64,000 bases of DNA from Felis catus (GCF_018350175.1 NC_058368.1:166844001-166908000); one strand, 5' to 3'; counted from the first letter of the stretch, positions 49,803 to 63,950 are shown. Notes: generated from the sequence alone by a model not told the origin. Translations and numbers: made by a program.

Positions 49803-50454
49803 GGGAAGATACTCCCAGTGATTCCATCCAGAAAGTATCTTCTCTTCAGAAATGTTTGCATAGTTCTGAAGTTCTCTAATGGAAATAGAAGGAAATAAAA
49901 TGTAACATCTGTGAGTGGCACAATCTTACATCAGGGGAAAGCTAACATGTGTTCACTTTGAATATCTGAAGAGATATAGCTAGTGCAGAAGAAACACTAG
50001 TGATAACCATGAAAACATTTTAATTAACATATCATTTGATGCAAACAAAAGAACATATGTGTTATTCCAAAGCATAAAACTATAATAAATATGCTTGAAC
50101 CACCACAGAACCCAGGAAGAGTGGTAGGAGATGAAGAAGGGAGCAAAATAGCCAGATTATACGGGATTTTGTAGCCCACATTGAGGACATAATCTTTCAC
50201 TTGAGAAAAAAAGAGGAGCCATCCTAGGATTTGATGTAACTTAGATTTTAAAGATGAACACTATGCAAGGGCCATGACATAAATATCTCTTCTATACCCA
50301 AAGCTCGGGTGCAGTACTGTGTTTCCACGTTGATTGGCCAAATGATAGATGAGCCCTTTTATGCGACATTGTTGCCTTCACAAAAATGTTCAGGATAAGA
50401 GAGCTGAAAGGCCAGCCTGCTACTCACTTAAGTAAAGTATAATCCTTATAGGAA

Positions 50455-50770
50455 GGCAGCATTATATACTGACTGAGACCACAGACTCTGGAAGCTAGCT
50501 GCCTGGATTTGAAACCCTGTTCACCATATACAAGTTTCAAATCATCAGTTTCCTCATTTTAAAAATCCCTACTTCCTAGGACAGGGGGAGGTGATGTAAA
50601 TACTAAATGTGAAATTGTATCAAAAGCCATGGTATCATCTTGGAACAGAATAAGAATTCACTTGTAGTCATATGATATATCATAGGATAGTTGTAAGGAT
50701 TTAATGAGATAATCCAAGTAAGCACACATAGTAAGCACTCCATAATATATGTATCTGTGTGTCATTATTA
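50455..50770 (+). mobile_element. MIR remnant(s)
   Basis: cagactctggaagctagctgcctggatttgaaaccc...cagtttcctcatt...gttgtaaggatttaatgagataat. Confidence 0.65.
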
Positions 50771-53221
50771 TTGCTGTTGGCAAAACCAACTTTCAAAATA
50801 CATTATTAAACATTATGCATTTTCAGGCAATAATTTAATAGACTCCATTGTAGTTAGCATGCAGAATGAAAATGACAATTACAACAATTACAATTTCCAT
50901 TTTAATCCAACGCAGTTCAACAGAAGATTAGATACTTGTATGAACACTAATAATGTTTGTAGAAAATTCATGACAAAAGAAATTGCAGGCATCTAGAAAA
51001 AGGGTCAGAGGAAGAACATAAAACAGAACCTTTCACAGTTATTGATATCATTCTTTTAAAATGTACACAAAATGTTTTCTTTGAGTCATCAGATATTTTT
51101 CCTGCAACACACTGTTTACATCATATTTATGGATGAAGATATTTTACTAAGATCATATAAAAGGAGATAAAATTGTTTTTTTGATCCCTACCCCACCTTA
51201 ATCATACCTCATGCTCAAGAATCAAATAAACCCCAAATGGAATATTAGCCATAGTCATTTTGCAAATCAACTAACAAATATTTAATTGGTTTCTTGAAAA
51301 GATATATAGTAGGCTTTAGTGGAGTTTTATCACATTATGACAAATTCTGAAATAGATTGGCATCTGGGTAAATTGAAATTTCAATATAGATAATATTTTT
51401 CCCTATAATCACTTTGCAATGAGCAACCTACCATTTTATCTTTCTTTACCTAGAAGTTCTAGAGATTTTGCCCTTTAATTTAATGTCTAAATTGATTCCA
51501 TTCTCTTCCCACAACTAATGACCACATTTGGTTCATTTTCAATAAAACTTAATGACTAAATTAAAAAGGTTAATCAGGTTTAAATAAAGATGAGGGTGAC
51601 ATTTCTTCCATATTTGTCTGGCTCCCAACCTGCTTTCTGCTAACTTTGAATTCTGCCTTCTGTGAAAATTATGCCCTCTAAAAACACGTGTTGTGAAAAA
51701 GGCCATATGGGGCAAAATTGAGTTTTGGCATCCAAAATGTAAGAATATTTTAAAATAAAAACATTATAACAAATGAGGTAGCCATTTAATTAACATTTTA
51801 GGTAGGGGTCATTGCTTTTCATTTGGATGAAGAGAAACCAAAAAGAAAACCCCAGGAGAAAATATAACATCAGAATACTTTACTAAACACTAAAAAAATG
51901 GGCATGAGACAGTAACATGAGGTCTAAACTGAATCCCATTGAAGGCTGTAATTAGCCCATGCTTTCGTATTTTGTACAATACAATGAAGCACTATTTTAC
52001 CCAATATATCTTAATTAAAAGCAAAAACACAATACAACACAAAGCTACCATCAAAGAGGCGTTATTGGCACTCACATAATACAGAAGATGGGGAAGGATT
52101 TTGTTTTCTTTGTTTGGCAAGAAAATTGGAACTAGGCATTCTATTTTCCACACAGCTCTCAATATAGAAGCATTTGTGTACCAAAAATTGCATTTGCACT
52201 GTAAATTATATGGATGAAAGCCACAGAGAAAGAGATAGTTTGTTGTTTTATAATTCAATAGTAGTAATGCTTGGATTTCTTTTCTTTCTTTTTCACAAAG
52301 AAAATAATTATTGAAAGCTTGGTTTCTACCACAATGTGTTAGTTGAATATTCTAATGTACATGTTTTATATTCCCTTTTCACTAGGATGCATTAATTATG
52401 CCGTGGCATTAAAATATACACACAAAATAATTTTCTTGTCACCTCAATTTTAAATTTTCAATATCAAAGAAACCAGAACTATCCACTGTGGTCGGTTCTT
52501 TATAATTTGCTAATATGAGGGAAGAAAAACAAAGAAGTAAATTCTAGCCTTTAACAATTATGAATAAATTCTCTCCCAGAACCCAGTTATCTCTATACCG
52601 AATATAAGCACGAATGTAAGCAATGAATATAAGTTGATTTATATGGCATCAAATCAAATACCCATGATGTGACCATTTATGAAGAGATTTTAACGAACGT
52701 AAGAGAACCAGTTGAAGATTAAAAATGAAAACAGAATTCTCAATAATCTGTATGGAGAAAGATAACCCAAATACCAGTCAACCATAAGACAGACCATATG
52801 GAGTATTTGAAGTTCAAACATCTTTTATTTTACATCTGATATCTAAGATGTTATTTCTATCAAATTCCTCAAGGGTTTATAAACTGCAATGCCTTACCAA
52901 CTGGGGAACAAAATGCACAATGATATACCAGCTGACTATTTCCACACAGTGCTGAATGAATTTCTCTAACTTACCATAAACCTTAAACTCAACTATGAGA
53001 GCTGGTCGTTCTAACTGCCCTTGAAAAGTGGGAAGCGGGAGAAAGGTCAAGAAAGTACAGCCTATCATTAATATAATCTAGATGTATTAATTACAGATGA
53101 AGAATCAGATGAACTTACTTTCTCCAAGCCAAATAGATAATACCAAAGGAAAGACCAGAACCCAGAACACCTATTTCCCAAGCTCTTTTCTTTGATACCA
53201 ACATTACAAAGATGAAATGCT

Positions 53222-53223
53222 AT

Positions 53224-53258
<35 letters not shown>

Positions 53259-53264
53259 TACTTT

Positions 53265-53297
<33 letters not shown>

Positions 53298-53423
53298 GGG
53301 TCAGGGGGAGTGGCAGAGAGAGAGAAAGAAAGAGAGAGAATCTTAAGCAGGCTCCATGCTCAACGCAGAGCTGGACACCAGGCTTGATCCAACCACCCTG
53401 GGACCATGATCTGAGCCAAAATC
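53222..53423 (-). mobile_element. Head-truncated Can-SINE with (TTTA)n(GA)n tail
   Basis: gagagaatcttaagcaggctccatgctca...catgatctgagccaaaatca. Confidence 0.88.
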
Positions 53424-55323
53424 AACCCACAGAGCTATCCAACTCTACAAAAAATAAGCCAAATGACCAAAACAATCTGGAAGTTGTGAAGTAGGATTCA
53501 AGTGCCTATCCCGAACTTCTATACCATCCTTGTGATAAATGTACCATGTGTTGCCCCATGGCATAGTGGAAGAAAAAATCCTACAAATGTGCCAAGGAGA
53601 ACAGAAAAGTAATGGTCTTCAGTGAACAGTTGAGAACTTCATCTGTGTCTACTGGAAGAATTGTGGCAACTAACCTAAAACTGTGGAAAGTGAAGGTCTT
53701 TAATGAGATGGAATAAGAAGTTTAGATGGGTTGAGAAGTTTAAGAAAACTATGAAACTAAGGTTTGCTGGAGAGTGCCTGAATCTAGGTCATATGTAAAT
53801 CTTGATTTTAGCAATAATAGATTAAATCGTCAAAGTGTTGGGTCTGATAAATGTGGCTGAAATAACAGGATGGATATTCAAATATAAATCCATTAGTACA
53901 ACACTTAGTTATGTCATAAATACCTAATCGGTGAATATTAGATATCCTTGATGATTTTATCACAGTGTAGCAGAATGCATTTGTGAAGATACATTCTTCA
54001 TTAGATTCAAATGTTGATGAGAAAAACTGTATCCACGGCAGAGCAGCGCCTGCTAAAGATCAGTGGGAAATAAGTTGGGTTGAAAAAGTTAAAGGAGAAA
54101 CAAAAATGGGGAGATAAGTCAAAGGCTCAAGTCTAAAGACATGGTACATAAAACTACGTAACACCATGAAGTAGTCTCCAGTGGTGTGCTTACGTAAACA
54201 AATGTCCCCCTAATCTGCAGGAGGAAAAGAAAAGAGAGTGGTGGAGAGGAGAAAGACTGTTCTGCTTCTCCATCCCTTCTAGCTCCCCTGTGTGTTTAGA
54301 CTTATTAATGAATCCATCAGGAAAAGGTCATCTGTAGAGGCAGAAAAGTGGAAACGTTCTGCTCTAATGATTTATACTGCATAGTTTCCTTACTGGTGTT
54401 TTTAAGGGCAAAGTCTTCCCGAGTCAGTGTTAAGTTTGTTTCACTTTGAAGCCATTAATAACCTATTACATATTATTTTTTTCAATTAAATGAAGTATCT
54501 GCTTTTTGGTTTTCATAACAGGAAATATATTTAAAGAACTCAATTGTGCAAACTACAACTGAATGAACTTCATAGCAATATGTTTGTGGCCCTCTTAAAT
54601 CCAAATTTCCAATTTACCAAATTTCAGAATTATTGGCTAATTTTTGTATAGGAAATCTTAAAGATAGGGATGTGCCATCTTTGTATTCTTTTGCTGCCCA
54701 AAGTCTAACAAGGTGACTGGTATATAGTAGGTACTTCAAATATATGAGGAATAAATATATGTGTAAACATGGAAATAAATGTTACCATGACAGAACCTTA
54801 AAGGATTAGATTTTATCTCAAAATGATTTTATTTTTTTATGTCGTGATTTAAAAGCCAGTGGTTCCTCTCTTATCATATACTTCACATACTTTTTCTCTC
54901 TCCATTTGCTCTGGTATCTAGGATTGCCTAAAAATAGTAATAGTTGGCCTGTGGAGGGCATGAGAGACTTCGCCAATGCGAACCTGCCCAGCTCTGGTGC
55001 CCAGGTCACCGCTTTTTGGATGGGGAGTCTTGGCTGGTGACTTTTACTTCAGCCCTCCCAGTGTGGCCACAACTGGCATTGCTCTGCTGTGCTCCATCAC
55101 ATTCTCCTAAAGATGCATCCCGATTATCTCAACACTGGCCCACTGAAGAATACAATGTCTTCATTAACTGGCTTAGGGAGTGTCACAAAAATTATAGCAT
55201 TTGGGAAATTTTTGGTCATTGCAATGATCCTGATCAGGAGAGGAGAAAATGCTTGAAGAGTGAAGACACAGAAAAGAAGACCAAGAGCAGGGAGTATAAC
55301 AATGCATGCGAAAAAGACGTGTG

Positions 55324-55430
55324 TTTTGTTTTGTTTTGTTGTAAGTGAACTCCACACCCAAAATGAGGCTGGAACATACCACCCTGAGATGCAGAGTCGC
55401 ATGCTCTTGGGACTGAGTCAACCAGGTGCC
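55324..55430 (-). mobile_element. Short old Can-SINE
   Basis: ccaccctgagatgcagagtcgcatgctc...gactgagtcaaccaggtgcc with (TTTTG)n tail. Confidence 0.75.
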
Positions 55431-56118
55431 TCTGAAAAGGAGTTTTAATCCTGCAGAGGAATCTGAAAAACAAATTACAGGCATACCTTGGGAAAAAAAT
55501 AGTGATAGTTGGCTTTGTTATGAATGCTATGATACCTCCAAAATTCAGTCTGGAGAATAAAAATATATCCACCCTAAGTGACCTAGTCACCTTTATATGT
55601 ATTTGGAAAAAACCTGCTAGGTAGTAACTTTTTTCCCCAAATTCTAACTCAGAGAAATCCCTGCCTTTTTCCTATATACATATGGGACTCCTCCAGATCC
55701 CAGACATAGTAAAACAGACATTCTGGGACTTGAGTTCTAACTTGAGTAACTAGAGGATTTGAATTCTGTAGAATAAAATACAAAAAAAGTCTTGCATCTG
55801 TATATGTTGTGCCTCACATTCCTTAAGTAACTTGATTTGATTCCAGTTGAGATTGTGGAGGGTTCAAACAGGGCTTTCATGTTTGCTTGTTTTTAACCGC
55901 AGAACACCCCTGTATTCTAAGAAATTTGACAAATGAGTGCAGGACAGCAAGTCAATGCAGACTGGACACTGTCTTTAGAAAACCTCTGTGCAGATCTGTC
56001 ACCACCTTGGCTGCTAAAACATTCAAGCACTGTAGAAACAGTGAGGAACCTAAATGAAATGGTAAATAATTGTCCTGTCGTCTGAGCATAGATACGTGTT
56101 TGGAATCAGTATGCTTCC

Positions 56119-56470
56119 TGTCTTAGTCTGGTGAGATTGCCGTAACAAATTACCATAGACCAGGTGGTTTAAACAACAAAAAATTATTTTCCTACAGCCC
56201 TAGAGTCTGGAAAGTCAAAGAACAGGGTGCCAGCCTGGTCAGTTGGTGGTGCACGCTCTCTTCTTGGTTTGCAGACAGCCATCTTCTCATTGGGTTCTCA
56301 CATGGGAGAGGAGAGATCTCTCTCTTTTCCTCTTCTTATAAGGCCACCAACCTCATCTGATGATGACCTGGCCCTTAATTACCACCTAAAGATTCTCACT
56401 CTAAATGTAGTCATATTGGGGGCTGGGATTCAACATAAGAATTTCAGGGAACATAATTCAATCCAAAGCA
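56119..56470 (-). mobile_element. MaLR solo LTR (MLT1A/B-like)
   Basis: tgtcttagtct...aacaaattaccatagacc...cataattcaatccaaagca; 5-bp TSD cttcc at 56114-56118 and 56471-56475. Confidence 0.9.
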
Positions 56471-59100
56471 CTTCCCTTAACCAATTTCAGTTGCAAAGAC
56501 CATGTGGGATAAATGAATGAATATAGACTGAAAAACGGCAAGCCCAGAGTCCGTTTGAGAATTAGCAAAGTCACTTAAATTGAAATTGTGTTGTACCTTG
56601 AGCCATTGTTTTTGCAATATTACAGATCTGGCAATGGCAGATATTGGAAACATGTGACCTAGTAGATGTTCTTTGTTTGATACAAAATTGTTGAAATAAA
56701 TCAACAGGTATTTTCCCCGATTTTAAGTAAGTTTTAATGTAATCTTCAAGTTACCCCTTCTGGGCGATTCTGAGCATCTGAAAATAGCCATGATATTTTT
56801 CCCATTATAATTTCCTTGTCCTACATGTGAGTGTGCCCCAATCCCTTTCTTCAACATGCTGATTGCTGCCCTTAGTGCTGCTATACTATAGCACTAATAT
56901 GATGCTCACTTCAGTTAGAAGCTTTCTGCATATCTTGCTTTCATTTCCTGTTCTATTTGCTATAAACATAGTTATTTCCATTCTGTTGCTTTCAGTCACA
57001 TATGGCATTTTGAAACAGTTAAATAAAGAGATTATCAATATTAGATCTATCTCAGCTGTAAAACCTACATTTATAGAGAAATATGATCTATTCAATTTCA
57101 TTTCTGAAAGCCCAGCATCCAAGCGATGGTCATAAATTCACATGATTACCCTAAGCATTAGATTTTGCATTTGGATCACTATTTAACTGGAAAAAGAAAT
57201 CAAACATTCATGCAAGCAAGGAAGCAGCTCTCTATTAATGACATGTGCAAGGAAACTGAAAAATATAAATGATTCTGACCAAGATCATCAATAAAACTTG
57301 ACACTCAAACAAAATGACTCTATAGTATCTCCTTTGGGGACAGAGAGCATGAGAAGAATATTAATATTTTGCCAAATTCAACATTTTTCAGGAAATCACT
57401 TTCTGTGTTACGAATTTGTCAGGAAAATTGTAAAATAGTAAAAATGATATATACTATTATCTGTAAAAATGCAAAGTACATATTGACCAATATTTAATTG
57501 AAGACTTCCTGAAAGAGCTTCAATAACATCAATTATTTTAAGCACAATATTATTATAATCAAGTCCGATGCAGAGCCTAAGGAATGATGTACGTAAAACA
57601 GTCACTTTAACAAATAAAACTTTTTAAAAAATCATAATCTTAATGGTTGCAGATTATAAACAAGTTCATTTAGAACATCCCTGCAGTGAAAAGGAATGAT
57701 GCTTGCAGATCTGAAAAAATACATATGACAAATTAACATGGCATTTACTTTTTGTTATGATCTGGAAAGAATTCTGAAAATTCTTATTTCACTGAAAAAC
57801 GAATGCATTTGTTTTTCTTCCTTCAGCCCCTCTCCTGAAAATAATAGTCCAACTTAAACATGAAAGCAAAAGGGAGTCATCAAAGGGAGTTCCTTTCCTG
57901 ACACTCCAACCTCTCCATGGTTGTTCCGATAGTATATCCCTTAGGAATGTTTGGGGACTAAGACATATAGATGTTATAATTGAAAAGCAAACAGGGGCTA
58001 ATGTCCACCACGGGGGAGATAATTAGAAAAATCATGTATTGGGCTACTGTTGTGAATGATAATCAAGTAGAGCTCTATCATTTGATTACAAGCCTCATTC
58101 AGTAGAGCCCACGTGTTCTTGGGCATGAAGTGATTAAGCAATAAGCATGCTGAGCTGCTGCTGGGGGGTAGAGGGATGGCAGAGATAGGAGGGATGGCAA
58201 GGAGTTGTTTATTAGCATAGCAAGGGAGTGTCACGGTGCCGAACAGTAGACAAGAGAACCAAACTGAAGAACAGTGTTCAGAGAAACTCAGAAAGGACAC
58301 CATGATGTTGCATAGTCATTGCTGGTATGAAGCAGTAAAATGGGAAGCCCGTATTTTACAGATCATTTTCTTGCCTTGGAAATAATAGATTTGATAAAGA
58401 CTGATCTTTGAGGTAATGTAAACATAAGTTATGGTTATCGTAACTAGTAGGTGTGCCATTTTCAAATGCATGCCCACTCCACTAATAAATGAGAAACTCC
58501 TTGATTGCGGTCTTGGCACTGTTAAAATGTTGCCTGATAAATTCTGATCTACCAGGTTTGAGAGCCTCAGGCACATGTAAACATAAACACCTTTGAAAAA
58601 TCAGCACTATCTTCTCTGAAGCAAAAACAGATATCTGAGCAGAACACTGAGGGATAAGAGTAACCTGGGATGCATAAAATAAAGTCCAGAGCAGATCCAA
58701 CAAAAGCAGAACATTTTGTTGGCTCCACCCTTAAGCGGGCCAAAATTGATATTAAAATCCACTATATATTCTTTATAGCGCATTTAACTGTTGACAAAAT
58801 TTCTGGCTCATGGATCTGAATCGAAGGAACATCTTGAGGAATTTGTTTCTGTTTTTTTCCAAATGGAAACTCTCTCATAATTTATTTAAGGACTTTCACA
58901 AGATTCCTTTGGTATGAGTTGAGAAGAAAATAAAAGACTAGAAAATCTTTGGCCAAATCTCACTTAGTATACAACAAAGATCTCTTTGATATTTGTTCCA
59001 GCATATTACAAATCTTAGTCTAATATCTGAATTTTTATCTAATCATCCATAGGATAATTTATTTTTATTTCCTCATTTCCTCCATTTCATCTTTTTATAG

Positions 59101-59156
59101 GATGTCCTTTTGGTGTGGGTGAAGCGTGGTCCATACAGTGTAATGTCATCTATGCG
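59101..59156 (+). other. Candidate 56-nt internal exon of an unidentified transcript
   Basis: Long pyrimidine tract ending tttttatag, donor GCG|GTAAGT; two frames open but no protein recognised. Confidence 0.3.
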
Positions 59157-60465
59157 GTAAGTGCGTTTGGTTCTTAACGTTTTACAACATACTATCAAGT
59201 AAGAAAGCTATAGCTAAGAATCTTTCACATTTACATGTGTTCATCTTCAGAAACCTCATGCTTAAATTCCCTATCAATTATTAAATTAGGGGGACAAATA
59301 CATTCTTCGTGGCCAGCAGGAATTTTATGAATAAATATAATGAAAATGTAAGGCAACCTAACACTATGCAAATGATTTGGCCTTTAATAATAATAAAACA
59401 CGGGACATATTCAAGAATATGAAACTTCCTAAAGCCATGTGCTGTATGGAAACATGTAAGAAAGTGTTTTTACTTTCAGGGAACAAGACAGTGGGGTAAT
59501 TCTGAAAAATGTCTGGTAATTCTGATTGCACAGATCTTCAGAAAATCTTTCATATTTCCTATGAATGAATGTGTTCCAGTAGGGTTAACTGTACATTAAA
59601 TCCTGTATCTCACATTAGGAATTAAAGGATATAATTCTCTAAATTGTAGTTATTCAAGTTATATGTGTTTGAAAAGCTACTGTTTGTCATTTTATATGTT
59701 ATACATATTTAGAATACTGCCATAGCCAAAATTCATAACACAGGTATAAAATCACATGAAATAATGACAATAAAAAGATTTATACTCAATTATGTTTTTA
59801 ATGATTAAGGTTTAGATATTTTTTTCCATGACCCTTTTTCTTTTCTGAAGCTAGATTTAAATTTTAAGTCTCACCTTTCGGCTCTAAAGACCCTAACAGG
59901 AATGCTCAAGAAATATTTTTTAAAAAGAGAACTAGAATATATGACATCACTTTGTATCTGTCATATTTAGCGTTATAAATTTTAAACTATATCTCTTGGA
60001 TTCATTTTTGGCTACAAATGCATATTATAGTTGAAGAATGCCTTACAAAATAATAGGTATGTTCAAAGATAGGAAAGAGCCTTAGAATGTTCCTCTCTCC
60101 ACTCAGAGATGACATGAACTCCATCTTCAGGCTGTAATCTACCGACCCAGTCATTGATGTCTAACAGACATAGTTTCCCACTTAATAACCCCTTAAACTT
60201 TATCTCTTTGACCCTCTCCTTTAATACCACACTTTCCAAACACTGCAGGATATCAAAAGAAAAATACAGAATTACTTGGCATGTTAAATTACTATTCCCA
60301 AAAAATGTCCTGTGGAACTTTTTGTGAGATAATCAATATATCTTTGAAAGCCTTAAACTTACATAAATGCTGAATATATAATTTATTAAATTAAGTTTCT
60401 CTACAAAATTTTCCCAATAGTTGCATCAAATTAGTTCTTGAATTTTCACTACCAATACGGTAACC

Positions 60466-60890
60466 TGCATTAGTCAGGGTTCTCCAGAGAAATAGAATGA
60501 ATAGAGTGTGCGTACATACATAGAGTGAGATCTGTTTTAAGGAGTTGGTTCATAGAAGAGTAGGGAATGGTAAGTTCAAAACTTGTAAGGAAGTCCAGCA
60601 GGTTAGAAATTTCAGCAGGAATTGACTTGCAGTCTTGAGTCTGAAGACAATATGAATACAAAATTCCTTCTTCTTCAGAGAACCTCAGTCTTTCTCTTAA
60701 GGCTTCAAATGATTGGATGAGGCCCACCCACATCCAGTAGATTAAAGAATAATCTACTTTATTTAAAGTCTACTGATTTCAATTCACAGCTGAACATTTT
60801 TTTTTCATGGCAACACGTCTAGGCTGGTATTTGACCAAACAACTAGGCACCATAGCCTAGCCAAGTTGACATTTAAAGTTAACCTTCATA
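60466..60890 (-). mobile_element. ERVL solo LTR (MLT2-like)
   Basis: attagtcagggttctccagagaaa...gattggatgaggcccacccac...gccaagttgacatttaaagttaacc. Confidence 0.88.
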
Positions 60891-61609
60891 CTAGCTAAGT
60901 CATCATACTAGCTAAGAAACTATGCTTTCTTCCCTTGTCTTCCTGAAAATCACACCAAAGCAACAAAGAAAAGGAATACCACCCTGTAACTTCAATTTTT
61001 TAGGGAAATTAGGAGGCAGCTATAATAAGCTGCCTTAATCTTACATGTGTGGGCTGCCAACAGAAGCTTAGATGGACACTAGCCATGAAGGAAGAAATCC
61101 TAAGAAAGCAGAGAGTTCAAGAGGCCCTACCAGGGCAGTCTTCTGACTGCATCAACAAAGATGAGGGGCTCACTCAGAAGTGCAAAATCTACATCTCTTG
61201 AACAGGAGAGAACATGATCTCTGGACCAGATATAATAAAGAGAAACAGAAGTTGCGGGATGTTGTAGGAGTGCACAAAGACACACACAGAAGCCACATTG
61301 GTAGGAAGCAGTCTGTCTCTATGGCAGCAGGAGGAGAGCTTTTAAGTTGTGAAGGCTGGAATGCTGCCTAGGATCCTTTCAAGCTACTTTCATAAGAACC
61401 ATCTACAAATATCTAGTTTAGGAAAATGTAACTTATTCAGTGATGGGTACTAAAAAAAGATATGGCACAGAATCAGTATATAAATACTGTAAAAATGTGG
61501 TAAAGATCACCAGATTAACCAACAGATTAAAAATACTCAGAATTCTTTCATCTTCCACTTCATATATTTGTAGGGCTCCCTCTCCATCTCACTTGGCAAA
61601 AGCTAGACT

Positions 61610-62050
61610 TGAGAAGAACCTGTGAAGCTCAAGGTGATATCCCTTCCCATTACCTTTGACTTCTAAACCTTTCTCTCCCCTAGCCATCTTTCTTTTCCAA
61701 GAACATAGAAGGCATAGTCATCCCTCCAAGACTTTTCTTGTTCTTTCCTCTGCCTGGCATATTCTCCCCAAGATAGCAATATCACTCACTCCCTTAGCCC
61801 CTTCAAATTTTAATCAACTGTCACCTTCCAAGGGTGATTGTCACAGGTCACATTATTTAAAATTGTGACAAACGCATCAACATTCCTTATTCCTCCACTG
61901 TGAGTGGTGTTTCCCTGCATAATACAAGTCACAATCTGATATAGTATTTTCACAAAACTTTTATTTTATTCTGTATTATCTACTGCTATATCCTCAGTGC
62001 CTGCTACAGTGTAGGAATTCAAAATACATTTTTTTTAAAATAAATTAGTG
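61610..62050 (+). mobile_element. L2 remnant
   Basis: tgttctttcctctgcctggcatattctcccc...actgctatatcctcagtgcctg. Confidence 0.65.
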
Positions 62051-62384
62051 AATGTACACTCTTCAGACAAATGTTTCCACAGAACAGATAAAGGGTATGC
62101 CCAAGCCTATTCTTAAAAATTAAAAAAAAAAAAAAACTGAATTCTTCACTTCCATGAAGGAAATTCAAAAAGAACAAATTTAAGAATGTAGGACAGAAAG
62201 AGGGGGACAAGGAAAATATGCAATAAGATTACTGGGTGCAGACAGGCACAGTAAGAAAAAAACAAACACATATAGAAAAATGAAATTTGAAATTTGATGA
62301 AAGAGACACCTCAGAAGATCCAATAAAGAACATATGAAATAGAAACAAGCAAAGCAAGCCAAAAAGTAATAGAAAATAACTGTG

Positions 62385-62730
62385 TATACAGATTAAAATA
62401 AACAAAATGTGGCATATCCATATAGTGAAATGCCACCGACTCATAATAAAGGAAAAAACCATACTCAAAATACAGATGAAAGAAGCCAGTTAGAAGGCCT
62501 ACATATTGTATGATTTCATTTCTGTGAAATCTGGAAAAGGTAAAACTATAGTAACAGCGACATGGATCAGAGATTGCCTAAGGCGAAGGAGGGGGGGCAA
62601 GAATTGACTGCACCCAACATGAGAGAGGTTTTGGGGGTCATCAAAGCGTTCTAAAATTTGACTGTAATGGTTATTGTACAACTATATACATTTGCCAAAA
62701 CCCACAGGACTCTACGCTTACACTAAAAAA
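62385..62730 (+). mobile_element. L1MB/ME-like 3' end
   Basis: aacaaaatgtggcatatccata...catattgtatgatttcatt...aaaaggtaaaactatag...tatacatttgccaaaacccac. Confidence 0.8.
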
Positions 62731-62939
62731 AAATCCCAATATAATTCTTTTTGGTTTTGCTATTGATTAAGGATTACAGAGAAAATAATGTATTAAGAAG
62801 ACAGGCAAATAATACCTAATACACATATAATTAAACTTCTCTAAGAACAAGGTTCAAATAACATTTAAATACATAAAATCAAGAAAACTTTTCTGAAAGA
62901 AATTTATTCTGGTTTATTTATTAACTTATTAATTAAAGA

Positions 62940-63110
62940 ATATCATTTACTATATATCAGGCACAGTATTAAACATTTTTAAAATGATAACTTAATATCA
63001 TAACAACCTTCTTTGGCAAATCCAATTATTTTCCCTGTCATACAGATGAGGAGACTTAAATACAGAGAAGTTAAATAATTTTATCAAGTTTCAGCTAATA
63101 AGTAGCAATG
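62940..63110 (-). mobile_element. MIR remnant
   Basis: tacagatgaggagacttaaatacagagaagttaaataa. Confidence 0.7.
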
Positions 63111-63497
63111 CTCTTTATACTTACATATTAATAGCCACATTATTTGGCAAAGCAAACTGAGTAGGATGCTCATCGCCAGACATATGTTAGTAAAATTACT
63201 AAAGTTTAACTATAAGTAGCCAAGGGAAAATAACCAGATATCTAGAAGGGTAAAAAATAAGGCTGGCTACAGTAAAAGTCAATGCCAGAAGGCAGTGGAA
63301 AACATTATAAAATAAAAAGATAACAAAAGCAAAAAAGAAAGGCCGTTTATAAATTTTATAATAAGTGCAGGTGTCATGAAGTCATTAAAATTTAAAAATG
63401 AACAGATTCAGAAAATACTGTTCACATGAGCTCCTCTTAAAACTAAAACAATTGAGCAAAATGATAAAAGGGCAATTTAGACTAAAAGGCTAGGTGG

Positions 63498-63950
63498 TGA
63501 TTAGGGTTCTTCAGAGAAACGGAAGCCATAGGATGTTTGTGTGGAGAGACAGAGAGATTGTAAGACTTCGATTCTTGTGATTTTGGAGGCTGGTGAGTCC
63601 AAAATCTGCAGGGTAGTTAGATAGGCTGAAGACCCAAGAGAGCCAGTATTCCAATTCAAGTCCTAAGGCAGTCTGCCTTAGAGCTAAGAAGGGCCGATGA
63701 TCCAGATGAAATCTTAAGGTAGTCCTCTTCTTTGGAAGAGGCCAATGTTTTTGTTGTATTTTTCAACAGATTCAATGATTGAATGAGATCAACACACATT
63801 GTACAGAACAATCTACTTTACTCCTAGTCCACTGATTTAAATGTTAATTTCACCCAAAACAATGTCACAGAAACATCCAGAATGATGTTCGATGAGGTAT
63901 CTGGACAGGCGAAAGCCCAGTCAAGTTTATACATAAAATTAACCATCACA
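63498..63950 (-). mobile_element. ERVL solo LTR (MLT2-like)
   Basis: ttagggttcttcagagaaac...cataaaattaaccatcaca; 5-bp TSD ggtgg at 63493-63497 and 63951-63955. Confidence 0.9.

Noticed and set aside
54944..55590. Cluster of overlapping 60-134 aa ORFs
   Set aside because: No recognisable homology, partly overlapping a SINE, and open on both strands as expected for locally higher GC.
58135..58145. ttaagcaataa, complementary to the 5' end of miR-137
   Set aside because: Only 11 nt match with no hairpin; not the miRNA gene, and no evidence this is a 3'UTR.
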